Of a DNA stretch of 64,000 nt, positions 26,884-39,254 are shown in pieces. This stretch comes from Euprymna scolopes (Eukaryota). The position numbers and the translations under genes were made by a program. The notes below the pieces were generated by a model. That model worked only from the letters and a program-made list of their open reading frames with translations, ran no database searches and was not told the origin of the DNA. Numbering within the stretch: the stretch's first letter is position 1; each line of letters begins with the position of its first letter. Location of the stretch: the NCBI GenBank assembly GCA_053919585.1, contig CM132803.1; one strand, 5' to 3'.

Positions 26884-27738
26884 CATTCGTATATAACGAA
26901 ATATTTTATTGTAGATTTTGGTGTGCTAAAAACGAATCTGCAAACTGTTTCCGTAGCAAAAAAAAGTTTTCATGATATTCATGAAATTACTTTTTCGAAA
27001 AGTGTGTGATCACTTTTCAATGTAAATTTAACTTAGAATGAGCACCCACTTTCTGGCCACCTGAGGGAGGGGCATTTTTCTGTGTGTTTCTTGGCTAAAA
27101 AGTCTTTTGTTTGATTTCTTTTGCATGGTAATAACCCCTGAACTCTGGGACTGCTCATTTTAAGTTAAATTTACATGGAAAAGTGATCGCCCACTTTTCA
27201 AAAAAGTAATTTCTTCATATCATAAAACTATTTTTTTATGACGGAAACGGTTTGCAGATTCGTTTTTAGCACACCGAAATCTACAAAAAAGATTTTTGTT
27301 ATATACGAACGTGAGACGCACGGCCCTTAATGGAAAATTTTATCAAAAATCCGGGGGAAAATAGTTTTCAATAAAAACAGCAAATGAATTCGATAGAAAA
27401 AAAATGGATGCTATTTTTTATTTATTTTTTTTTTTTTCTGTGTGCTTCTTGGCTAAAAAGTTTTTTGTTTGATTTCTTTTGCATGGAACTCTGGGACTAT
27501 TTTCCATTTCACAGACGTAACCTTTGTTTATGCTACGTGTGAGCATAAATGAAGGCTGTTAAATATGCACTCGCATACCAAACTGCCTTGTCAAAAAACC
27601 TTTAAGCCAATAAACACGAAAATAAATGCCCCTTCCTCAGGTGGCCAGAAAGTGGGTGCTCATTTTAAGTTAAATTTACATGGAAAAGTGATCACCCACT
27701 TTTCGAAAAAAATTTCTTCCTATCATGAAAACTATTTT
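26884..27738. mobile_element. Foldback element(s) with nested inverted repeats
   Basis: 26884-27043 is inverted at 27152-27313; 27600-27738 is an inverted copy of about 26960-27100. Confidence 0.8.
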
Positions 27739-27861
27739 TGGTACTCCTTTGGCGTTGTGTTCTATGGCGACCCACAGAATTATTTAATGGTCGTTCCCTT
27801 AGTCCCCCCCTTAGTCAAGGCTAACGCATGCGCATGTAACATTTTTTATTTATTTATTTAT

Positions 27862-30076
27862 GTGGCGGAGTTATACAACCATCATCCCCATGCAAATTTC
27901 TATACTGATAGGTTTTTTGAAATTTTTTCACTGGATTATTATTGATTGAACACTAACCAGATTATGAAAAAAAATTGAAAAATAAAAATCATTTCAACAT
28001 TTGAAAGGGGTGCTCACTTTTTAGTTACCACGTTCTGGTAAATCGGTCACCTATTTTTTTTTTTTTTTTTTTTTCTCTAAACAGGGAAGTGTCTTCGGGA
28101 GATATAAAATAGTCTCATGTTGATGAAGCAATGTATCGGGAGGCGCACGGGATGGAAAATTATTGGTAAATTTTTAGATTTTTTTTTTTTTTTTTTTTTT
28201 TTTTACAAGGTGGTCACCACTTATCAAGGCCCGGAAGTCACTCAGGGATAAGGGTTATTGTAGTGTGGATATTTAAAGTATCTACTTAAGGGGGTGGTTC
28301 ATCAGGAATTTGTTTACATTGGACTTGAAGACATCCAAGTTGTTGTCAGGAGGGAAGCAGGCAGACGGAACAGAGTTCCACAGGCGTGCAGTTCTAAGAA
28401 AGAAGCTTTGTTCATGGAATCTACGTTTTGATTTAGGCATAGATAAAGAGTGGGAAAAGTTTTTGACAGTGGATTCAGCTAGACGGGTGTTTTTTTGTAA
28501 AAGATTGGCGAGAGGGGGACCAGACGAGCACCTGCCATGGAAATAACGATAAAACAAAGATAGGCTTGCAACGTCTCTTCTGTGGGAGAGAGGTTGCAGG
28601 GAAGAGAAAAGGGCATCCCCCACTAAGCCACGAAGTCTATTTTGTACTCTGTCAAGGCAGGATAGGCTGTTTTTAGCAGCTCCTGCCCAGATATGGCAGC
28701 AGTATTCCATCCTTGGACGTACTTGGCTTTTATATAGATAGAGAATTGCATCAGGGGTGAGATATCTTCTGTAGCGGTAAAAGGATCCCACCATCTTTCC
28801 AACGACCTTGGCAACAAACTTCATGTACGTGTTCCATTTCAGATCAGGAGTGAAGGTCAAGCCCAGAAGCTTGTCAAAACATGGGGCTTCTCCTAGACGA
28901 GAGCCATCCATTTCAATTGATGCTAGATGGGGATCAGAGCGTTGATGATGTAAAGATAGGAGTTTGGTTTTAGATGCATTAAAGGTAATCAGCCACGTCT
29001 TCCCCCACTGAACCACTCGTTCGAGATCAGAGGAGAGAGAATCAGAGAGAGCTTTGTCATTTACAGCCTTTGATGTGTTGCTGTAGATTGTCGTGTCATC
29101 AGCATAGATGTCAACAAGATTAGGTCCACCTCCACAATTTACTTTTAAATGATGACTTGTAATGGTTTTCGACTATGCTAAATACGAAAGTCGCATTGAA
29201 ATTTTGCAGAAATAAGTAGTTATCAAGATATAAAAAGTTGTATTATGCATTGTGTTCTTTGGCGGCCATCTTTTTTACGCGCGTGCGTTTGTTTATGGCG
29301 CGCGCACGCGGGTAAAAAAGATGGCCGCCAAAGAATACAATGCATAATACAACTTTTTATATCTTGATAACTACTTATTTCTGCAAAATTTCAATGCGAT
29401 TTTCGTATTCAGCATAGTCGAAAACCGTTATAAGTCGTCATTTAAAAGAAAATTGTGGAGGTGGACCTAATCTAAAAAAAATACCAAATCATTAAATATT
29501 TCTCCAGCATGTTAGTGAAATTTATAATACTTAAAAAAAAAATGTAAAAAAAACAAAAGTTTTGAAAAAAACAAAAAACAAAAACCTCACCTTTCATAAA
29601 ACAGATAAATTATTCTAAAGAAACACCCACAAACTCACCTCTCATATAAACAAATTATTTAAAAAAAAAAAACACCCACAAACTGACTTTTAACTAAATA
29701 AGTTAAAAAAAACCCAAAAAAACTCGAAACTATTTTCATAAAAACAATAAAAAAAAAGTAATGTTCATTCTATTTTTTTTTCTTTGAGAAACAAATATAT
29801 TTCTAACTTACAAATGCGGTAGGATCGTGTCATTTTTACTTTCTATGGTTTTGATATACCCTCGTTTTTATTGGTTACAAAATGGGTGACTGATTTATCA
29901 GAACGTTGTAACTAAAAAGTGAACACCACTTTCAAATGTCGAAATAATGATTTTTTTTTTTTTTTCATAATCTGGTTAATTAGTATCCAATCAATAATAA
30001 TCCAGTGAAAAAAATTTCCAAAAACCTATAAGTATAGAAATTACGCATGGGGGTGATGGCTGTACAACTACGCCAC
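27862..30076. mobile_element. Long foldback element with outer inverted arms and a central 357 bp palindrome
   Basis: 27862-28055 is inverted at 29881-30076; near-perfect palindrome at 29117-29473. Confidence 0.82.
28181..29116 (-). mobile_element. CR1-like LINE, 5' truncated, young copy with probable TSD AGATT
   Basis: Uninterrupted 244 aa C-terminal ORF 28282..29016 and long poly(T); AGATT at 28176-28180 and 29117-29121. Confidence 0.92.
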
Positions 30077-30861
30077 TTACGTTGCCTTTTGCACTTTAAC
30101 AAACATTATTTATGTTGGCTTAACTCTTTTCATAAAAAAAAAGTAACTAAACCATTTAGTGATAATTTGTCACGTGTACAAACATTTATTTATTTATTTA
30201 TGTTGGCTTAACTCTTTTCATGAATAAAAAAAAGTTTTACTCTTTAAGAATAATAAAAGGAAAAAGTTACTAAACATTTATTAATAATTTCTCACATACT
30301 TACGTTGACTTAACTCTTTTCATGAAGGCCAGAGGAATAGTTGGCCGAAACATCGTGAAACAACAACTAATAAAGATGAGAATAATAATCCGCAATAAAA
30401 AAAAATGGTGCTAATGCAGAGAGTGATCTGCGCTATTTTTTAAATCGTATTTCCACGTTTAATTAAAGTGTTATATGTTTTTTATTCAATTGTAAGATTA
30501 AAGTACAGAATAGATACAAAACACTCTCCCCTCCCCATGTTAAGAATGGCTTTTTAAATAATAACATTATTATTTCAGCACGGATCACTCTCTGCATGAG
30601 TACCATAAAAATTAATATAAATAATACTCATCTCAGTAAGTGAAAGGCTCATTTCTACCGGAAATGAAATGGCAGACAGTCTCGCAGTTACGAAAAATAT
30701 TTTCATTTTATTTAATATTTTTATAATTTGCAATGTTAAACTATTTTAATAACATGCAAACATTCCTTGACTTTAAAAATAGAATTTCTGAACATTTCAA
30801 TTAAATTGGTAATGTAGAAATATGGTTTTATCGACTTTGAACGAACCAAGAATTACATATA

Positions 30862-30919
30862 TGATGCCTACTGGTACAGGATGTTAATATATATTAACAT
30901 CCTGTACCAGTAGGCATCA
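30862..30919. repeat. Perfect 58 bp palindrome
   Basis: TGATGCCTACTGGTACAGGATGTTAATAT | ATATTAACATCCTGTACCAGTAGGCATCA. Confidence 0.95.
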
Positions 30920-31144
30920 GTGAAACGTTGACAGATTTTCTGCTCCAGAGATGGTGCTGTGGTTTTGTCATGTATTTTCATATGGCTGATCACTGAATAT
31001 GTATATGGATCGCCACACCTGCATATGTACATATACAACGCATCATACTTTCAAATGGTTACCCATTTGCGACTGATCAGGCTCAACATTGCTTAACTTT
31101 GGTGATCTACCCAGAACCGGTGTGTCAACTTGATTAAGCTGTAT
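30893..31144 (-). mobile_element. 5S rRNA-derived SINE (SINE3-type)
   Basis: Minus strand 31144-31032 reads TACAGCTTAATCAAGTTGACACACCGGTTCTGGGTAGATCACCAAAGTTAAGCAATGTTGAGCC..GGGTAACC, a diverged 5S rRNA, followed by about 140 bp of unrelated body ending at a TA run. Confidence 0.8.
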
Positions 31145-32189
31145 ATTAAAAAATATATATATATTTATTTCTCTTATTTTTCTGCATATTCCTTTCTTCT
31201 TATATCTTTAATCTTTATATCTTTAACATCTAATATCTTTATATATATTTCTCCATTTCTCTTTCTTTCTCTCACTCTCTGTCTGTCTATCTGTCTGTCT
31301 ATCTGTCTGTCTATCTAGCTCTAGCTCACTTTCTCTTTCATGAAAAGTATAAGAACTCAAAGGAGTGTAATAATATTAAAGCAATCCAAGTGTTGTTCCA
31401 CATCAACTAATAATAATAATAATAATAATAATAATAGAAACACATTTGGAAGGATAGTTTGCATCACAAATTGCTAAAAAGCGAGAACATTTTAGAAAAA
31501 ACTTCTGCATATTTTACTGCAGAGAGGGTGTGGGTAGGAAGGCATAAGGAAAGAAAGGCAATGCTTCCATATCTTTTCTTTTTTGCTTGTTTTATGCCAA
31601 ATCTGGTAATTTGGGCAAAAGGTTTTATCCTTCAAGTTAATATTTATTCATAATGTTTGGTTTGATTGTTTTATCACATATCAACCCGTTTTGGGTCCTT
31701 TTTTAACATAGTGACTCTAAATCCTTTACTGACATATAAAAGTCTTCAAATGTTTATGCATGACGTTTCTTCTTATGATTATGTGCCATGAAGTATCACG
31801 TTATATAAAACTAAAAATCATCACTTATTTTCTTTGACCAACGATTTCGACTTACAATTTCAGAAATAGTTTCTTCAACAATTTGAATCATGAATGAAGA
31901 TTCTAAACACAAAAATGACTTTACGTTGCTTTTATTACTAATTTATATCGACATTTTCTCACATTTTTTACACATTTATTTTTTTAAACAACAAAGCACA
32001 AACGTTAATTTTTCAATTTAACTCACAACTCGTCAAGACAATTTCATTGAATTCAGAAAAGCGACTAAGAAGTACATTTCAATTTTAACTTATATTTTAT
32101 TTGCCCACTTTTCTAACAATCTCAGCTTTCGTCATTGTAATAGTTTCTATAAATTATTAACTCACTAGGAGTTCTTACACAGAGATTGC

Positions 32190-32443
32190 TCAATAACAAT
32201 AACAGCTAATGTTCTCTAGAGTCTGGGTGTCAGCAAGTCTCCTCAGATTTCCAGTACTCTTCACCTCTTTTGATAACCTTTGCAAATGAATTTGCATTAT
32301 CGCAATAATCGTTTGCCATTGACTTCGTCCTGGCAATGACCATTGGCCTTCACTGGAATTCGGGTGGTAATAATCCTCGTCAAGGTCCTAATTCTCTTTG
32401 CACTCATAAAGTGGAGACCGGGTTAAGATATATTTCTTATAAC
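32190..32443 (-). mobile_element. 3' end fragments of an R4/Dong-like LINE
   Basis: Minus strand RVLEI*GDLL terminus; 32330-32430 matches 49415-49500. Confidence 0.55.
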
Positions 32444-32710
32444 TGATGTTAAATTTGAACTCAACCTCAGATCAAAAGTCTCAAACACAAATCCAACTGT
32501 TCTCTTCTCTCTGCACTTTCCACAGACACCCAAAATAAAGAAGACGGCTCTTTTATAGAGAGACCCAACCACATCTCATTTGCATACCCCCTCACCCCTC
32601 TCGTCACATCACGTGATCATCAGTCTATAAATACCAGGGGGCGGCCATTTTTATTTTCTCTTTTTTTTCTTTCACGATGCATGAGGTAAGGTTCTTTACT
32701 TTTAACCACA
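32444..32710 (-). repeat. 3' LTR of element A (TG...CA)
   Basis: Ends TGATGTTAAA / TTTAACCACA; the first ~97 bp are repeated at 36247-36345; TATAAAA on the minus strand at about 32551-32557. Confidence 0.88.
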
Positions 32711-35526
32711 CGCCCCCTTGATCTCTAAGATCAATAATTAGTATCATAGTCTGCCATCCACACTGGGCGTCTTCGTTCACGGTGCGATCGTTGAAGAGGC
32801 TCTTCTTCAGACACTTCAACATCAGCACCAACCTCTCCTTCCTCTGATGGCAAGGAGACTCTCCGTATATCTAAAATGTGACGAGGCATTCCATCAATCG
32901 CTACCTTGTTTTTGAAGAGTACTTCAGTCACTTTACCTTTCCCCCAGCGAGTCGTGCAACGAGAATTGGGTGGTTTCACCCACACCTCTTCACCAACTGC
33001 GATGTCCACGCAGGCCTGTTCTTCTCTCTGTGTTACAGCCAATGGATGTCGCCATTCATAAGAAAAAATAGACCAGTGCGGCACTGAATTTTCGTCTTGA
33101 CCAGCCTTCGGTGTCATATTGTACAAAAAAACTGCTTCTTGGGGCGAAATCTGGCTTCTTGATGCCACAGCTTTTATAGTGCAATGGTGCCTCTCTATAA
33201 TTCCATTTCCACTTGGACGGTATGCAGCTCTAAAATATAGCCCCACATTCCACTTCGCACATAAGTCTCTAAAAACTTACGAGTGGAAAAACGTACCATT
33301 ATCCACCAACACCTCTTCTACTGGCCCCCTTTCCATAAAAACCTCCTCGACAACTCTTTACCTCTTCTGCTGTTTCATTCTTGATTTTCCGCCATATCGC
33401 TACTCCCCCAGGCCCACAATCTATCATAGTTACATGTGGTTCATGTTGATAATGTGTGATGTCAATGGCCAATCTCCGCCAATTCTCTTCAACATGCAGT
33501 TCCCCTTTTTCATGTCTAGCCGGTGCAGGGTCGATTGATTGGCATTCCCTACATTGTTCCACAACCTTTTGGACGTCTTGCATTGTGACGTGCGGGTTTA
33601 CTTTTCTTGCCAGGTAAAGGGTCCGTTCCTTTCAAAAATGATGCAAGTTATGCTGGTCTTTTAAATTCTCTACTGCACAACATGCTGGAACCCCATCTCT
33701 TTCCTTGTGTAGCCAGGCTTTCTTGACTCTTGTCAGCCCATCTGCTTTATTTTTTTGTGATGGAACTAAAGTAATAGTTACCCTTAGTTCAAATTCTCAA
33801 ACCAAGTCTCCCAGCGCTCCAAGTCTACGCTTGATAAGCATCTCCGCTGCTCCTTTTGTTTTGATCCGCTTATCATCAGACAGCTCCGATTTAATCCACG
33901 ACACCACTGTTGCAGAGTCTGTTTTAACGTTCACTATCTGTAGCCCCCATTTTAGAGCCAGATTGATGCCTTTCATCACAGCATCGAGTTCCGCAACATT
34001 GATATGGGCGCAATCATCCTTTTTGCGTAGCCAAGCAGCATCTTCAACAGCCACTTATCCTATTTCCAATAATACCCCTAATGCTGCACTGCTAGCATCA
34101 GTCCATATCACCCCTTCATGGCCCTCCTTTACATGCCATTCTCCTCTCACAGGGTCCATTTTTTTCACTTCTGCAATTTCTTGTATCATGAGAAGCACTT
34201 TTTGATCAACTGCATCTTCCCAATTGTCTGTCCCAATCTGCCTTTTAATAAAACTGCACGCAGTTCGCAGCCATCCAGCTATTGGATAGTGGCCAACCAG
34301 CTTTCCACATATAGAGAAAAGCTCTCTCTTGGCTAGGTCAACCTTGGCTTCAGGGATCTCATTTCCTTGCCCAAACATCAATTTTTCTGCCTTATTGTTC
34401 TGTAGTCGAAATCCCAAAGCCATTCTGTTTTCCAGTGACTCAGGCGGTTTTGTCGTCAGTCTATATGCTTTGATATGCTCTCTCTCACCCTTTCTGCAGT
34501 CACCTCTGTTTCGTCCACTAGTATATCGTCGATGTAAGAGCAGGTGCCTCTCTTCACTGTATCGTCTTTGGCCAACACTGTCTTAAGAACTGCCGTCATT
34601 ATCTTTGGTGCGGAGTTCAGACCAAATCCTAATCTGGTCAGACAATAAATTTGACCTTTCTACTCTACCAATTGATATTTCTACAATTTCTCATCCACAT
34701 GAACTTGAAGGTAGGCTGACTTCAGGTCCACAATTTTAGTTGCCTGCTTCATCCTCCTCCATTTCCTTACGACTTCTTCACACACGTTGATTCCGTCCTT
34801 TGTGTGACAAGCGACAAACTTGTTCAGCTCACGGAAATCCAACACTGGCCTAACTTTCTTCTTAATAGGTTGGACCACAGCCATGAGTGGCAAAATTCCT
34901 TCAACTTTCTCTGACCACGGCATTAATATTCCTTCATCTATCCATCTCTCAACTTCTTTTTCAAACTGTGGCTCCGCAGCTCCTTTCAGTGTGCTTTTGT
35001 AGCAGCTGAACCGATTCGTCAATACAGGTGGCTCCGCAGTCCATCGTCATTCTACCATCCATTTTTCGCCATCGAAACAGGCTCGAAAGTCATCATCCTC
35101 AATCAGACATGGTCGGGATTTCGACAGTTGGTTGGTATCACCCCTGGTTACATTTCCTGTTATTCCCAGTGCACTGATTGCCAAACTTCACCTGGCCTTT
35201 AGCAATAGTAGCTCCTCCCAGTCGGTCTATCGCGTCCAGGCCCAGCACTACATCAATTCCTGCAACCAGTCTATCCAGCAGGATCACTCTTAGCCGCAAT
35301 GGCATATTCCTTACTACAATCTCCGCATTGGCCTCTCCACAGCATTCCACTTCTGCCATCCACCGCTCTAACATTGCTGGTTTCATTCCAAGAGTTGGCG
35401 ACACTTGTAGTAATAAGTGTTGTTATACATCCAGTATCAACAAGAGCTCTAGCCCTTTTTCCATTGATGGTGATCACTAACTGTGGCAACAAACTTTCAT
35501 ATGCCTGTTCAGTATAAAAGGGGTGA

Positions 35527-36222
35527 CTACTGGTGCAATAGCACCCCTGTACTCGTTTCCCGGAAGCCACACCGAAAACAAATAATGTCTGGCCGTGGCT
35601 CTCTACAGTCTCTCATCAGGTGTGGTCCTTGACATCGAAAGCATTTACCGGTAAATCCACGGCCTTGCTTCATCACTGGTCGCTCCTTTCTGCTTGCCAC
35701 AGCAGCTGCGACTGCCCCCAGCTCACCGGGCTGTGTCGCCAAAACTCTAGCATGCCTTAGAATCTCCTCCACCTCCATGGTTTCAATATCAGTAAGCCGT
35801 TGCAGTTCCATGGAGATGCAATCAGGGAAACCAGTTACAAGCGTCAGCTTTACAGTCTTCTCAAGGCTGCGTCCCCCATATCCAGCCAATCCTGCTAGTC
35901 GCCTTATCTCTGCCACATACACGTCCACAGACTCCCCAGTCCAGGTGACTCTTTTGAGCTTGTTGTAAGCCTCAAACACGCTCTCGGAAAATGCGGTCTT
36001 TAACCGGTTCTTTATGCTCTCAGCAATGGCCTGATCCATCTCTCCCATTTCTAGATAGACCGCTAGAGCACTTCCTTCCAAATACATAGGTGTTAACGTG
36101 GCTACATCCTCGATCTTCTGCAGCCTTGCCACCAACTTCAGCTTATTAAGCCATGCAACCACGTCACCTTCTCCAGTAAATGGCCTTAGGATATCGCTGC
36201 TCAATTTTACTTGGTCACTCAT
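35527..36222 (-). pseudogene. gag of element A
   Basis: Open frame from MSDQVKL with a zinc knuckle; frameshift near the second knuckle. Confidence 0.85.
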
Positions 36223-36234
36223 TTTTGTCACTGC

Positions 36235-36246
36235 ACCGAAATAGCT
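36235..36246 (-). promoter_or_regulatory. Putative primer-binding site of element A (AGCTATTTCGGT)
   Basis: Directly after the 5' LTR terminal CA; same motif at the same position in element B; complementary to tRNA-Phe nt 1-12. Confidence 0.75.
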
Positions 36247-36345
36247 TGACGTTAAATTTGAACTCAACCTCAGATCAAAAGTCTCAAACACAAATCTAAC
36301 TGTTCTCTTCTCTCTGCACTTTCCACACTGACGCCCAAAATAAAG
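36247..36345 (-). repeat. Truncated 5' LTR of element A
   Basis: Near-identical to 32444-32540. Confidence 0.88.
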
Positions 36346-36479
36346 GCTTCAATTGAGGCACAAGCTTGCTTCATAAAAACAAATAAAGATTTCTTTAAAA
36401 GAAAAAATATCTATATGGTTTTGGCTTTCTTAATAAAATTTGATATTCATACCGATATTTTAAAAAACTGCCATCCTAT

Positions 36480-36525
36480 TTCTTATATATAAGGAACTTT
36501 ATCTGTGTGTCTGTGTGTGTGTGTC

Positions 36526-36592
<67 letters not shown>

Positions 36593-37130
36593 CCTATGGA
36601 CTGAAAGGCGGCTGGAGCGATTTTTATGAAATGTCACACATAGGTACTTTATATGCTTGGCAGTGTTCTTAGATAAATTTTATATAGAAATGTCTTCAAT
36701 AAGTATTGATAATTGATAATCGAAATAATCCAATGAAAGAAGGATCAAGCGCTTTTGACCACACAGCATACACAGCCTAATATTACAAGCCTAATATTAC
36801 AAGCCTAATATTACAAGCCTAATATTACAAGCATAATATTACAAGTGCATTTGAGAAACTTTATTACAACACAAGCTGAAAAGCCTAACATATAAAATCA
36901 GCAGTATGCTTAAAGCACAATTGCACCATAATACTTGACTTTTTCATTTAAAACTTAAATTAAAGCCATTACCACTGCACAACCAGTAAGGCCAGGCATA
37001 TAAAATTAACAGTAGTTTCTTAGATAGAACAGAGTTTCTTTCAAAATGAATATTTCTGTTTAGAGCACAATGGAAGCATGATACTTGACGTTTGCATTTC
37101 AAACTTTAATGCAAGCCATCTATGATATAA
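36480..37130 (+). mobile_element. Non-autonomous Helitron-like repeat (TC start, internal microsatellite)
   Basis: TCTTATATATAA start, (TG)/(GA) tract and GGCTGGAGCGATTTTTATGAAA; 37030-37125 is homologous, inverted, to 49075-49160. Confidence 0.55.
36775..36845. repeat. 14 bp tandem repeat AGCCTAATATTACA, about five copies
   Basis: Direct inspection. Confidence 0.9.
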
Positions 37131-37149
37131 ATCTCACCTGTCTGTTTAA

Positions 37150-37182
<33 letters not shown>

Positions 37183-37600
37183 TGTATGTATGTTTGCCTA
37201 AAACTTTCAACAGAGGCGACAGATTTTTATGAGATCGGTATCATTTGGAAGCTCGACCCTTCAGACGATAAATATCGAAAAATTGACTAAAAACATTAAT
37301 TCCAGATAAATGTATTTGCAAATACCTTTTTATTTTCCGATTACGCCATATTGGAAAAGGGATGTCCCCTTCCCATGTAAATAAGAAGAATATTAGATAA
37401 GTGAAAATGAGGTTAGGATAAGTGTAGAATCGAACCCTGTAGGCAAAGTTAAGAAATGGAATGTTTGAAATTAAGTCTATTGTTAATTCTTTTAGAAATC
37501 TGAATAATAAAAATGTCAGTAAAAGAATGAACAATGCAAATTAAATTATATTGTTTAAAATAGGTTAGATTAGAATCGAGGAGTCTTTTGTTGTCAAAAG

Positions 37601-38242
37601 TGTGTTGGACAAATATATGTAAAGTCACGTGAAATTGGTCACGTTTGAAAATACACTTCTGACGTCATAGACAAAGGACATTTCTCCATATAGGATACTA
37701 TGGGCTCGGATTTTAGTCAGTCAGCCAATCAGCCAAAGGAGAGTCAGAGAGTTGACCAGCCAAGAGTTGACATAGTCAGAGGAGAGTCCCCTTAGAGGCG
37801 AAGGGTAGAAGATTAACCATGTAGGTACAAGTGGAATTCCTGCTGTAATCGACCGGCAGACCAGATGAATAAAGAAGTCATCATTATGTTTTGTAACTGT
37901 TGTCTTGTGTCATCCTTCATCGCGAATGAAAGGTAATTGTGTTTATCATCTTATAATGAACATTGTGTAACCCTTCGAAGATTATGTATCTCCCCTCTTC
38001 TGTGTTAAGAACTTGCTTCATATATCACCCAGTCTGTATTTAATATGAACTCCAAGAATTGTCACAGTCGTTGTCATGATGCAATATATATAAATGTCAT
38101 TATCGTTTAATATCGGTGTTATAAGAACTGTTACTACAAGAGCATATAAGAACGGTATAAATGACTCCCTCACCATCGTTATATATGTCCCCGTCATCTT
38201 TTGATATGTACCCCTAGTTATGGAAAACAATAATACAACACA
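37601..38242 (+). mobile_element. Possible solo LTR
   Basis: TGTGTTG...CAACACA ends, internal CACGTG, TGACGTCA, CCAAT and AATAAA; no TSD found. Confidence 0.35.
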
Positions 38243-39254
38243 GATATATAGAAATTAGCGCCAAAAGTTCACAGAGATTAAAAAGAACCATCCAAGTGTG
38301 GTTGAATCAACACATATCTAAAGATAATGAGGAAATGCATAGCTAAGTGAGAGATGGTTGACTTGTTTAATTCGGGCTAATGAAAAATTTGAATAGATAT
38401 TTTTTCAAACGTAACTCAATCTCGGAACAAAAGAATATTTAACATGGATTTTGTATTATTACATTATATTATATTATTGATATATCTCTGTAGGAATATA
38501 TTCAGTTTAAATTACACACAGAGTAAGTATAAAAGGTTTATTTGTACAAAAAACATACAATGTAACAAATCAGATATTTACACTCGAATGGTATATTGAA
38601 TGCCGTAATATCAAGATTTACTTACTCCTCGTTAATTACCGCTTGTTATAACGTCTTTTGCAGACTGGGTAATTCATTATCAGGGGGTGTCCAGATCTTC
38701 CACTAGATCGATTATATAAAAAAAAAAAAAAAAACTTAAGGAAACAAACGTTGATCAATTCAACTTTAGTATAATAGATATCTTAAATATATATAATGCT
38801 AATTGTATCTACTCAGCATTTCCCGGGAGCGCTAAACTATTGCTTTTTGTTAAATAGGATTTTAAAACTTACATTTAATTATTACATTTTTATTTGTTTT
38901 TATTTTAGGAGAATTATGAGCCTTTTAGGTCCAAATTCTAGTATATATTAAGTATGAAATTGTTTTTAACGCCAATACGTAGTTACTGAAAAATGATTTG
39001 CTTTGTAGTATTAACATAATTTTGCTTTTGGTAATATTTTAAGCTCTATTTATAGGAACTCAAGACTAAATATTTTAAGTTTTCGGATTTGATTTCCGGT
39101 CATGGCATTCATTTTATTTGTTGGGAATTCATTATGCACTAAAATGTAATATTTTCTATTTCTAAAAGTATTTAAGATATTTTAAAATGAGACAAATTCT
39201 GCAATGTATTTTTATTAGGTTTAGAAAAATTGTAACTGACGAATGGATGAAAGT

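Larger units (their letters stand above)
32444..36345 (-). mobile_element. Ty3/gypsy LTR retrotransposon A (gag-PR-RT-RH-IN), decayed, 5' LTR truncated
   Basis: Gag CCHC (CFRCQGPHLMRDC), protease LVDTG, RT RPVLDF / DLKSAYLQ / YIDD, RNase H WTDAS / ELDA / DS, integrase IDIT / GNGIIER; PPT at about 32711-32727. Confidence 0.93.

Noticed and set aside
31032-31144. Functional 5S rRNA gene
   Set aside because: Too diverged, single copy, no T-run terminator, and it continues into a SINE-like body.
31830-31890. Minus-strand hammerhead-like TTGAAGA...AGTCGAAATCGTTGGTC
   Set aside because: C3 is missing, stem II is mismatched and stem I does not pair; at best a dead pLTR relic.
33119-35968. Plus-strand ORFs over elements A and B as antisense genes
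   Set aside because: Shadow frames of gag-pol with no independent motifs.
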